A stretch of 40,172 bases of DNA from a virus. Shown here in pieces: positions 7,855-15,708 of the stretch. The notes beneath the pieces were generated by a model, which worked only from the letters and a program-made list of their open reading frames with translations, had not been told where the DNA came from and made no database searches. The stretch lies in UHGV virus genome UHGV-0207031. The stretch is one strand, 5' to 3'. Position 1 is the first letter of the stretch. Every line of letters begins with the position of its first letter. The translations under genes and the position numbers were made by a program.

Positions 7855-8181
7855 ATGCAGCAACACGAAACCGGTTCATCGCTTCAGTTACGCAATCTGA
7901 TACGCCAACGGCACGCTGAATGGTCAGAGAAAACTTTCGGCAATGTCGGTCCGATCGGGCCGCTTAAGCACCTGTCGAAAGAGGCACTTGAAGCCGCAGA
8001 TGATGTTGGCGACCTCAGCGAATGGGCTGACATGCAATTCTTGTTATGGGATGCGCAGCGCCGCGCAGGTATCAGTGACCAAGAAATCACCGCGGCTATG
8101 GAAGAAAATCTCAAAGTGAACATGGCTCGCGAATGGCCTGAGCCGAAAGATGGTGAGCCTCGCCTGCACATTAAGCCATGA
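7855..8181 (+). CDS. MazG-like nucleotide pyrophosphohydrolase family protein (DUF550-type dATP/dGTP pyrophosphohydrolase)
   Basis: EWSEKTFGNVGPIGPLKHLSKEALEAADDVGD...EWADMQFLLWDAQRRAG pattern typical of the prophage MazG-like N-terminal domain. Confidence 0.65.
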   Translation: MQQHETGSSLQLRNLIRQRHAEWSEKTFGNVGPIGPLKHLSKEALEAADDVGDLSEWADMQFLLWDAQRRAGISDQEITAAMEENLKVNMAREWPEPKDGEPRLHIKP

Positions 8182-8189
8182 CGCAACTG

Positions 8190-8212
8190 ATAGCCAGTTA
8201 TGAGCTGGCTAT
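8190..8212 (+). other. perfect 8-bp-stem hairpin (ATAGCCAG-ttatgag-CTGGCTAT) immediately after the MazG-like gene
   Basis: Inverted repeat seen directly. No U-tract on either strand. Confidence 0.5.
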
Positions 8213-8229
8213 TGGGTGCGAATGCACTG

Positions 8230-8266
8230 CCACGTTATCCAGTATCAATGTTGTATAATGGAAGAA
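8230..8266 (+). promoter_or_regulatory. candidate promoter for AT-rich moron (perfect -10 TATAAT at 8254-8259)
   Basis: tgttgTATAATgg. No good -35. AT-rich context. Confidence 0.4.
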
Positions 8267-8287
8267 TATTAACCATGTGGTGAAACT

Positions 8288-8467
8288 ATGAACGATATGT
8301 TCCAAGACTTAACAGGAATAAGTAGCAAAGAAATTTTAGGATCAGGAGAGCAACTATATCTCTGCAAAATGCCAATAGATACAGCACAAGATAATGTAGA
8401 AATTGTTGATTCTCATGATGGACGGATAATCCGAGTTATGCGAAGGCTATTCTCATTCATACCATGA
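8288..8467 (+). CDS. AT-rich moron ORF, 59 aa (MNDMFQDLTGISSKEILGSGEQLYLCKMPIDTAQDNVEIVDSHDGRIIRVMRRLFSFIP)
   Basis: About 35 percent GC versus about 50 percent in the flanks. Own TATAAT. GGTGA RBS. Just upstream of xis. Confidence 0.45.
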   Translation: MNDMFQDLTGISSKEILGSGEQLYLCKMPIDTAQDNVEIVDSHDGRIIRVMRRLFSFIP

Positions 8468-8553
8468 CTAACATCATTCCAAAACAACCCGCCAAGTGCG
8501 GGTTTCTTTTTGCCTGGCTTCCAGGTTCGATTTCCAAACCGGAGATGAAACCC

Positions 8554-8754
8554 ATGCAACACCAATTACAGCCCGATTCACTGGTTGATCTGAAATTCAT
8601 CATGGCAGATACTGGTTTCGGAAAGACCTTCATCTATGACCGCATCAAAGAAGGCACCCTGCCAAAAAGCAAACTCATCCACGGCCGCGCCAGATGGCTA
8701 TATAGTGAACACTGCGAGTTCAAACAAAAGCTCTTAAGCCGCCTCGATGGGTAA
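8554..8754 (+). CDS. xis: AlpA-family excisionase / DNA-binding protein
   Basis: 66 aa from the internal ATG with GGAGA RBS. KTFIYDRIKEGTLPKSKLIHGRARWLYSE resembles the AlpA/Xis HTH. Directly upstream of a P4-family integrase. Confidence 0.7.
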   Translation: MQHQLQPDSLVDLKFIMADTGFGKTFIYDRIKEGTLPKSKLIHGRARWLYSEHCEFKQKLLSRLDG

Positions 8755-9002
8755 AATTGCGGGTAAAATAAAATCCACTTCTGAAAATTCCCTTTCTATA
8801 CAATCCCCTGACATGCCAATTCGATGTATGCAGGGGACACCATTCTATAGTTCGCCACTCTCCGCAGTAGTTCGCAAAATCCCTTGCACAGCAGGCTCTC
8901 AATAAAATACCAGTTCGCCATAGTTCGCAATAGAACGTTGACAGCCGCATACTTCGGCGGGTAAAAAACGAGTAAATGATTTTACCCACCGGAATTTTAC
9001 CC
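8749..9002 (+). promoter_or_regulatory. probable attP: core TGCAGGGGACACCA (8829-8842) with upstream TTCGAT; AGTTCGC[C/A]A repeats at 8849, 8869, 8912, 8922; GGGTAAAA at 8749, 8761, 8959 and inverted TTTTACCC at 8980, 8995 abutting int ATG
   Basis: The core matches the 3' end (T-loop remnant, acceptor, ACCA) of E. coli tRNA-Arg(CCU) argW as remembered. It lies about 160 bp upstream of, and co-oriented with, int (canonical P4-family arrangement). The repeat arrays flank it with 10/20-bp phasing. Confidence 0.55.
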
Positions 9003-10160
9003 ATGCTCACCATCAAACAGATCGACGCAGCAAAGCCGAAAGATAAACCGTACCGGCTGCTCGACAGCAACGGGCTGTACCTTTATGTGCCGGTTACCGG
9101 AAAGAAAGTCTGGCAACTGCGTTACAAGCTCAATGGTAAAGAGAAGGTTTTGACGGTAGGCAAATACCCGCTCATGTCATTGCAGGAAGCCAGAGACAAA
9201 GCTTGGCTTGCCAAAAAGGATGTGTCTGTCGGTGTCGATCCGGTAAAGGCCAAAAAACTGTCAGTCAAAGACAACTCGTTCGGCTCTATATACCAGGAAT
9301 GGTACGAGCACAAAAAACAGGTATGGTCAGAGGTATACAGCACCGAACTGTCACGTATGTTCCAGGATGACATTCTGCCGTTGATTGGCGTGATGGAGAT
9401 TCACGAGATAGAACCAATGCAGATACTGGAGGTGATACGTAGGTTCGAAGAACGTGGGGCAATGGAGCGGGCCAATAAGGCGCGTAGGCGGTGCGGAGAA
9501 GTATTCAGGTACGCGATAGTTACCGGGAGAGCGAAGTATAACCCGGCTCCTGACCTTGCTGATGCCATGAAGGGATACAGGAAGAAGAACTATCCTTTCC
9601 TTCCTGCTGACCAGATACCTGCCTTCAACAAAGCACTATCTGGCTTCTCTGGAAGTATCGTATCAAAGATTGCGACACAGGTTTTGCAGTACACGGTACT
9701 GAGGACAAAAGAACTCCGGTCAATGCAATGGTCGAACGTCGACTTTGAAACCAGGACGATTACGATCGCCGAAGATGTGATGAAGGGGCGTCGCCCTCAC
9801 CTTGTACCAATGTCAGATCAGGTCGTCTCTCTGCTTGAAATGCTGAAGCCTATAACGCAGCCGATATCAAGCTTCGTTTTCGCCGGGCGCAATGACAAAA
9901 CAAAGCCGATCAGTGAAAACGCAGTTCTACTGGTTATTCGCCAGATTGGCTATGAAGGATTGGCAAGTGGCCACGGTTTCCGTCACCAGTTCAGCACCAT
10001 AATGAACGAGCATGAATGGCCCGCAGATGCCATTGAGAAGCAACTTGCGCACGCTAACAGCGGCTCCATTCGTGGGATATACAATCATGCTCAGTACATG
10101 GATAAGCGTCGGGAGATGATGCAGTGGTGGGCAGACTGGCTTGATGAGAAGGCATCATAG
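9003..10160 (+). CDS. int: P4/CP4-57-family tyrosine integrase (DUF4102 N-terminal arm-binding domain plus catalytic domain)
   Basis: MLTIKQIDAAKPKDKPYRLLDSNGLYLYV is a canonical N-terminus. C-terminal H..R..H..Y catalytic region (GHGFRHQF...IYNHAQY). Confidence 0.9.
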   Translation: MLTIKQIDAAKPKDKPYRLLDSNGLYLYVPVTGKKVWQLRYKLNGKEKVLTVGKYPLMSLQEARDKAWLAKKDVSVGVDPVKAKKLSVKDNSFGSIYQEWYEHKKQVWSEVYSTELSRMFQDDILPLIGVMEIHEIEPMQILEVIRRFEERGAMERANKARRRCGEVFRYAIVTGRAKYNPAPDLADAMKGYRKKNYPFLPADQIPAFNKALSGFSGSIVSKIATQVLQYTVLRTKELRSMQWSNVDFETRTITIAEDVMKGRRPHLVPMSDQVVSLLEMLKPITQPISSFVFAGRNDKTKPISENAVLLVIRQIGYEGLASGHGFRHQFSTIMNEHEWPADAIEKQLAHANSGSIRGIYNHAQYMDKRREMMQWWADWLDEKAS

Positions 10161-10168
10161 GAAAGCAA

Positions 10169-10202
10169 CACAAAGCCTTGCAAACCGATGCAAAGCTTTG
10201 TG
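10169..10202. repeat. 34-bp nested palindrome (CACAAAGC-cTTGCAaaccgaTGCAAa-GCTTTGTG) between convergent int and tailspike; likely bidirectional terminator
   Basis: 8-bp outer and 5-bp inner inverted repeats. T5 run 8 nt downstream on the plus strand. Confidence 0.45.
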
Positions 10203-10241
10203 TGTCCCGTTTTTGTCTCATCTTCGTTAAGAATCTTTTAA

Positions 10242-12275
10242 CTAGATTATTGCTCTTCCAGTTTCAGACCCAATCCCACCATTATTGACTCTGATTTCAA
10301 TACTGCTGCCTGGAGTAATAACAGCTGGCACTGCACCTGCAAGTTTAAGATTGGAACTGTGTATTATAGTAAAGTTTGAAGACCCTCCATTTGTTAATGT
10401 TACATTTTTCATGCTAGCAGAGTTAACAAAACCTACTACATCAAAATGTGAACTTACTGAGACATTAATAATATCCCATTGAGAAACATCTATTGTTGAT
10501 GATGCTGATGTTATATTTAAAGTCCTCATCACTGTATCTACAACCAGACCATTTCCTGCGGTTACCTTGTCAGTTACATTGTTACTGTAGATGTTCGTGT
10601 CAGTGATTGGGAGGGTATTATCTCCATTCCTTACAGTATTATCATAAACCTCAATTGCAATTGTATCCTGGTTTATTACAACCCCCTGTGGAGTTGGTTG
10701 CGGATCTGAACCGTAATAGTATGTGGCTGAGCTAGGATCCTGAATATTGCAGCTATGTATTTTAACTCTTCCATTTTTAGCCAGAACAGTTATCCCCTCA
10801 CCACCAGGCATGATGATTGTCTCATCGTGAATTGAGCCTTGAGTGAAGTAATCACCAGATAATGGAGAGCCATCAATAACTATCTGAGGAACCGGTATTC
10901 TTTGAGACCCAAAAGCGTATAAATTGTCATGGATGGTAAATCTTGTGCATTTATTAAGGTAAATGCTTGTTCCTCCTGATTCAAAAAACTTATTATCATG
11001 AATATTAATCCATCCACCACCGTTAACAATTCTTATATGAGAGTTCTTTTCATTACTCTTAAGGACACCTCCTGGGAAAAATGGGATGTTATCAGAAACT
11101 GTAAGTCCATCAATTGTGTCAATATATATGTGATCAACGGTTGCATGCCCCTCATTTCCGCTAACAATCCAGTCAGCCATAGGGTACTGCATCCCAGGAG
11201 ACGGCTCGCTAAAGATAAATCTATCTACAGACTCACCATCCTCTGCCCCCTTTCCATAGTGACATCCAGATACAATCCATCTATTAACCATCTGCCCCCA
11301 TGCAGTTGCTGATGAGCCACCTACAGTAGTGCTAGGGATGATATGAATAAAGTTTTTATATCCTCGAACATCTTTAATATCAGATATGTTTCCCATTCTG
11401 GCATATGCAAGCTCAATAGCTGAAGTTATAGCTCTATCTGTTATAAAACTAACACCAGATATTTTAGTATTCATATAAATATCTGAGCTTGTAAGGAATG
11501 TGTCCCGACACACCCTTATGGTTCCATCTATAACACCACTTCCGCTAACTGTTACATTTTGTTTTTTTATCCAAATTCTTGTGAATTTTGTTGTTGTCCC
11601 ATACGGGAAAGTAATTTCTGCACCTTCGCCAAGTTCGTCTACCATCTTTTGTAGGTTGACGTCATTTAATGCAATATCAGAAAGATTATTGCTCCAGTTC
11701 CTTACATCTCCAATGTCATAACCATTAAGATACCCTACTGCTGACCAACTTGAATCAGGTGATGAGTTTGGAGGCACTGATACTGGCAAAGTTCCGTTAT
11801 ATCTATACCAATAACCATCATCATAATTTAAAAGCACCTGTTTTCTTTCTGTGATTGTAGCCCCGGTGTCAAATGTCTGCCCAAACATTCTGTAATAAAC
11901 TTCATATCTAAATGCTGACTTTGCATAAATTGAGAATTGGTCAGGGTCATACTTCAACACGTTGGCGATATAGTCGACTTGCGATCCATAGGCATCGTAG
12001 ATAGCCATGCTATGGCCCTGAACGGTGACAATTTTCACCAACTGTCCGTTGTATACGATTTTGCCGGCTGCGTTGATGATTAACGGCTGAGTAATCTGAA
12101 CGTGAGAGCCGTCCTCATTTTCAATGTATACGGGTATCTGATTGGCAGGATTAACCGGATCAGTATCAATCTGACCAATATAAATCCGACCATTAGCTAC
12201 TGCGCGAAATGTACGTGAATCAGTGAAGATAGGGCGAGGGTTAGACACAACCACGTTTGCAGTGATATCTGACAT
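10242..12275 (-). CDS. tailspike protein: P22-gp9-like N-terminal head-binding domain plus divergent beta-helix receptor-binding/glycanase domain
   Basis: N-terminus ([16 protein letters not shown]...[47 protein letters not shown]) matches P22 tailspike almost residue-for-residue as remembered. The remainder is AT-rich with a beta-helix-like repetitive pattern. Confidence 0.9.
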   Translation of the reverse strand: MSDITANVVVSNPRPIFTDSRTFRAVANGRIYIGQIDTDPVNPANQIPVYIENEDGSHVQITQPLIINAAGKIVYNGQLVKIVTVQGHSMAIYDAYGSQVDYIANVLKYDPDQFSIYAKSAFRYEVYYRMFGQTFDTGATITERKQVLLNYDDGYWYRYNGTLPVSVPPNSSPDSSWSAVGYLNGYDIGDVRNWSNNLSDIALNDVNLQKMVDELGEGAEITFPYGTTTKFTRIWIKKQNVTVSGSGVIDGTIRVCRDTFLTSSDIYMNTKISGVSFITDRAITSAIELAYARMGNISDIKDVRGYKNFIHIIPSTTVGGSSATAWGQMVNRWIVSGCHYGKGAEDGESVDRFIFSEPSPGMQYPMADWIVSGNEGHATVDHIYIDTIDGLTVSDNIPFFPGGVLKSNEKNSHIRIVNGGGWINIHDNKFFESGGTSIYLNKCTRFTIHDNLYAFGSQRIPVPQIVIDGSPLSGDYFTQGSIHDETIIMPGGEGITVLAKNGRVKIHSCNIQDPSSATYYYGSDPQPTPQGVVINQDTIAIEVYDNTVRNGDNTLPITDTNIYSNNVTDKVTAGNGLVVDTVMRTLNITSASSTIDVSQWDIINVSVSSHFDVVGFVNSASMKNVTLTNGGSSNFTIIHSSNLKLAGAVPAVITPGSSIEIRVNNGGIGSETGRAII

Positions 12276-12335
12276 TTAGCTTTGCTCCAGGCGCAAGTAA
12301 TCCCCACAGGCGAGCTGCGGTAAGATATAGTTACA

Positions 12336-12397
12336 TACCAAAATGGTACGATTGTTGATTTATCCAGTAGGTTTTACGATGCCAGTCCACCCACTGG
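12336..12397. promoter_or_regulatory. divergent control region: palindrome TACCAaaaTGGTA (12336-12348), candidate mnt -35 TTGTTG/-10 TACGAT, dyad CCAGTccacccACTGG (12382-12397) over predicted +1
   Basis: Inverted repeats seen directly. GTCCACC resembles the half-site of the P22 mnt operator as remembered. Confidence 0.35.
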
Positions 12398-12410
12398 TGA
12401 GGCATCAAGG

Positions 12411-12665
12411 ATGTATAGCAAATACGATGAGGCGCAGTTCCACTTGAGGCTTACGCACGAACTACACGCGAAGATTAAGCAACGCGCGAAGATGAATAAC
12501 AGATCCATCAATGCAGAGATTGTGGCAACGATGGAGGAATCATTGTCAAAGCCATCACCGGTTAGCGGATACCGTGATGATGCAGAACGCGAGGCTGATT
12601 CAGTCTCAAGGGAGATACAGAAATTGGTTTTCGACAAACTGGCTGAGCACTACAGAAAGAAATAA
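12411..12665 (+). CDS. mnt: Mnt-like ribbon-helix-helix (Arc/MetJ family) repressor
   Basis: 84 aa. FHLRLTHELHAKIKQRAKMNNRSINAEIVATMEESLSKPSPVSGYRDDAERE...KLVFDKLAEHYRKK parallels P22 Mnt (..ALSKPSPVTGYRNDAERLADE..MVFDTLKDLYKK) as remembered. Confidence 0.8.
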   Translation: MYSKYDEAQFHLRLTHELHAKIKQRAKMNNRSINAEIVATMEESLSKPSPVSGYRDDAEREADSVSREIQKLVFDKLAEHYRKK

Positions 12666-12695
12666 TTGATTACACGCAGTGATGTATAGAAATAA

Positions 12696-13094
12696 ATGCT
12701 CTATTCTCTCCATCATTCGACTGTACAAATTTTTGGAATCAAGGCCGTGAAAAAATTAATCGCTGCAATTTTCTTACTATCCTCTTCTGCCGCATATGCC
12801 CAATGCATAGGTAGTAACGCAATGTCCACATGCTACGACAACAACGGAAACACATATCAAGTTAGCAGAATGGGCGGTATGACTACGGTTAATGGAAGAA
12901 ACTCGAATACCGGTTCATCATGGTCTCAAACATCTAACACGATTGGAAATTCCACCTACACAAATGGGCGTGCATCCAATGGTCAAACGTGGAATGAAAC
13001 GCAGACAAACATGGGCGGGACTAGAATGATTTATGGCCGTAACTCACAAGGTCAATCATATAGTCATACATGCAATCAATTCGGCTGTAACTAA
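12696..13094 (+). CDS. secreted small protein with cleavable signal peptide and three Asn/Gly/Ser/Thr-rich GR-x-S repeats flanked by Cys pairs
   Basis: KKLIAAIFLLSSSAAYA/Q signal peptide (alternative GTG start at about 12747). Mature part has C-x9-C at the N-terminus, C-x4-C at the C-terminus, and repeats NGRNSNTGSSWSQTSNT / NGRASNGQTWNETQTN / YGRNSQGQSYSHT. Confidence 0.7.
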   Translation: MLYSLHHSTVQIFGIKAVKKLIAAIFLLSSSAAYAQCIGSNAMSTCYDNNGNTYQVSRMGGMTTVNGRNSNTGSSWSQTSNTIGNSTYTNGRASNGQTWNETQTNMGGTRMIYGRNSQGQSYSHTCNQFGCN

Positions 13095-13095
13095 G

Positions 13096-13119
13096 AAAAA
13101 GCCCACCTAAGTGGGCTGT
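13096..13119 (-). terminator. intrinsic terminator oriented for minus-strand transcripts (gcccac-ttag-gtgggc-ttttt)
   Basis: Stem-loop with the T-run only on the minus strand. Lets plus-strand mnt-operon transcription continue and stops un-antiterminated antisense transcription. Confidence 0.5.
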
Positions 13120-13166
13120 GATACTACGAAGCTCGTGCTACAGTACAGAAAACTAAGGAGGATGGT

Positions 13167-13385
13167 ATGGAATTAACATTTTCAGTGATTACCATACTAT
13201 TGGTGTTGTTAGTGATGTCTGCCTGGAGGGCCGCCTCTTACCTGAAAAAGATTTCGGAGTCCAATGAGCTTGCTGTCAGATGCCTTGACGCTCATGAACT
13301 CTTACTAAGGAAAATGCAAAAAGAGCAGGAGCGACAAGGCGCAGACATTGAGACAATCAAAGATATTGCTGCCGATAGAAAATAG
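13167..13385 (+). CDS. small single-pass inner-membrane protein (72 aa) with cytoplasmic coiled-coil tail
   Basis: Strong RBS AAGGAGG. N-terminal TM helix ITILLVLLVMSAW. Charged helical C-terminus. Occupies the sieA/hkcC position of P22. Confidence 0.65.
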   Translation: MELTFSVITILLVLLVMSAWRAASYLKKISESNELAVRCLDAHELLLRKMQKEQERQGADIETIKDIAADRK

Positions 13386-13389
13386 TAAA

Positions 13390-15708
13390 TTACTCCTCAG
13401 CCTGCCCATTAAGCCAGCCTATTGCGCCAGCCCGACCAATCTGCCTGACTTCATCAGATGAGAGATGCCCGGCAAATCGCTTCCATGATGGGAGGTTTTC
13501 GACAGTTCGGCTAACAGTTGACTGATTTTTGGAGTTAGCTTTGATTAGTGCATTCTGAAATGCTGGATCAGCAAGTAAAGCATCGGCGGCTATTGATCGT
13601 GCTGGACGAGTCATTGCCCTGCCGGCTACGTTAGCCGCCGCTCCACCAAGAGCACCACCAATAGCCGCGCCAACAGGGCCGCCAACCATTGCTCCGAGAG
13701 AGCCACCGGCCACAGCAGCCCCCTTTTCAGTAGCCCCATGCAGGTGAGCTAAAACACCATTTTTTGAGTCAATTGCTTTAATTAACGTTCCGAGTCGGCC
13801 AGTGCTGATGGCCTCTTCATTGGCCCGGCGAATTCCAGATGAAACCTTATAGATATTACTCAGGTTCCGACGTGATTCTTTTGGCAGATACTGCATGACC
13901 CGGTTCAATGCGCCGCTTTTACGCGCCCCCTCATACCAGTCAACAAACCCTGGGATGCTCAATTGCTTCTCTTTGCGGGAGCCAAGCGTAAATACGTCAT
14001 TCAATGCAGAGGCAACAACCTCTTGCCGCATGTGCTGAGGGGTTGCTTCTATCAGTTTATCAAATGCCTGCACATTGCCTTTTCTCAGATTCTGAATGGC
14101 TGGAGACAACTTATTAGTGAACGTCCCGCTGAGGTCTTTCCCGAGCGCGGTAACCATGTGATCTTCGAGTTGCTTACGTTGAGACACAAGTCCCTTGGCG
14201 ACCCCCCACTTATCCCCCATGCCAAACTGCTGAGCAACTTTTTCCTGATCGCTGGTTATGGCTGAATATAACTGCTTGAGTTCGGCAGTTGTCTGGTCTT
14301 TAAATGGTCCTTGATTTTTACCGATTGCCGCTCCAATTTGTTTGCGAACATTATCGACTTGCCCATAAACCGGCTGTCTAGTTGTTTGCCACGAGCGATT
14401 CATGAAGGCATCAGGCAAATATTCTTTTTTCTCCTGAAGTGCGTTTAAAACCTTCTTCTCTGCAGTAGAGAGGTTTTCAACCCCTCCAACCTCTTTCGCT
14501 TTGGCTTGCAACATTGACAGGGTATTACTGGCGCTCATCTTAGTCGATTTTGGTATCGATGAACCTATCTCGTTATAAATCGCATCAGATCTAGTGCCGA
14601 GGTCATCAATTGCCTTCTGCGATTCTGCTTTAAACTTCTCTGACAACCCGACTTTGTTCGTCGTGCCGCCTGCCAGTCCGATCATGTCGTCAGCTTTCTG
14701 AGCAAGTTGGTTAATAGTTTCGTATTCTTTGGCGCGAAGTTGGCTTGCTGGCACGGATTTTAACCCCTGCTCAACAGCACGGTAAGTCTGGCTCTGGCTG
14801 TAGTGAGACGGCAATAGCGCCTCTTCCATGTCTAGATCTTTTGCGGCTTTAAGTATGGATTCCTGAGGTTTTATCTCTCCACCAAGAGACGCATAATCTG
14901 CACGATCAGCAGCGCGACCCACTGCTTGGGCCGATTGCTCCTGTGCCGCATCACTGGTGGCATTAACGCCAGCGTGCATAGCAGCATCTGCATCAGAAGC
15001 AACCTTTTGTGTGGGTGAAAGCCATTCTCGAGCGCTTTTGACAATCGGCCCGGCAACCTTCCCAGCAACTGCTGATGCCGCATGTGCAACTCCACTCCCT
15101 GCAGTGCCAATGGCAAGGTTCTTTGCCAGATCACCCTGCTGACCTTCCCCACTACTCTGAGCCAATGCTCCAGGAACGTTCTCTGCCAGCATTTGAGCAG
15201 CTTTAGTCCCTACTCGTTCAGCAAGACCCGCCCCCTTAACTGCAGCTGATTCTAGTCCAGTAGGCAAAAGATATGGAAGCACCTCACCAGTTATCTGTCC
15301 ACCGACTGTCTTAGGCTTCATACTATCCGGCATTGTAATTCGCGGCGCCGGCTGGTATGTCCCGTCGCCGATACCCATTTTGTTCAACGCCCACACCCCA
15401 GCACTGGAAACCGCATCAGCCATTTCTGCTGGGATATTTAGTACTCCCACACCAGCCTGAGCAATGCCCTTACCAACATCAACAGCTGAGTTACCAAGAT
15501 CTGAAAAGAATCCCTGCCCTTGCGGATGCATGGGCTTAGATTGCTGACTATTTGACATTACCTGTTGATCTACAGCCTGAGTATCTTGCCCTGCTTGCTC
15601 TGCGGTCGCAGATTGCCCAGCAAAATACTCATCAATAGCCGATCCAATATCCTCAGTGCTTGTTCCTTCTGGGAATGTGAATGTCTTACCGTTGGCTGTA
15701 ACTTTCAT
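13390..15708 (-). CDS. ejection/injection protein (P22 gp16 position), 772 aa, Ala/Gly-rich
   Basis: Last gene of the ejection-protein trio. Composition and synteny. Confidence 0.7.
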   Translation of the reverse strand: MKVTANGKTFTFPEGTSTEDIGSAIDEYFAGQSATAEQAGQDTQAVDQQVMSNSQQSKPMHPQGQGFFSDLGNSAVDVGKGIAQAGVGVLNIPAEMADAVSSAGVWALNKMGIGDGTYQPAPRITMPDSMKPKTVGGQITGEVLPYLLPTGLESAAVKGAGLAERVGTKAAQMLAENVPGALAQSSGEGQQGDLAKNLAIGTAGSGVAHAASAVAGKVAGPIVKSAREWLSPTQKVASDADAAMHAGVNATSDAAQEQSAQAVGRAADRADYASLGGEIKPQESILKAAKDLDMEEALLPSHYSQSQTYRAVEQGLKSVPASQLRAKEYETINQLAQKADDMIGLAGGTTNKVGLSEKFKAESQKAIDDLGTRSDAIYNEIGSSIPKSTKMSASNTLSMLQAKAKEVGGVENLSTAEKKVLNALQEKKEYLPDAFMNRSWQTTRQPVYGQVDNVRKQIGAAIGKNQGPFKDQTTAELKQLYSAITSDQEKVAQQFGMGDKWGVAKGLVSQRKQLEDHMVTALGKDLSGTFTNKLSPAIQNLRKGNVQAFDKLIEATPQHMRQEVVASALNDVFTLGSRKEKQLSIPGFVDWYEGARKSGALNRVMQYLPKESRRNLSNIYKVSSGIRRANEEAISTGRLGTLIKAIDSKNGVLAHLHGATEKGAAVAGGSLGAMVGGPVGAAIGGALGGAAANVAGRAMTRPARSIAADALLADPAFQNALIKANSKNQSTVSRTVENLPSWKRFAGHLSSDEVRQIGRAGAIGWLNGQAEE

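Noticed and set aside
8800-8847. Possible intact tRNA gene at the xis-int junction (sequence ends in ACACCA)
   Set aside because: Only the last roughly 25 nt look tRNA-like (TTCGAT…TGCAGGGGACACCA). No D or anticodon arm upstream. Interpreted as an attP core derived from a host tRNA 3' end, not a gene.
10285-11721. Several 65-104-aa plus-strand ORFs inside the tailspike gene
   Set aside because: Antisense to a long, well-supported CDS in an AT-rich stretch where random ORFs are frequent. No RBS or coupling.
12374-12637. 87-aa minus-strand ORF antisense to the Mnt-like gene
   Set aside because: The plus-strand ORF has clear homology-like features and an RBS. The antisense frame is Ser/Leu-rich noise.
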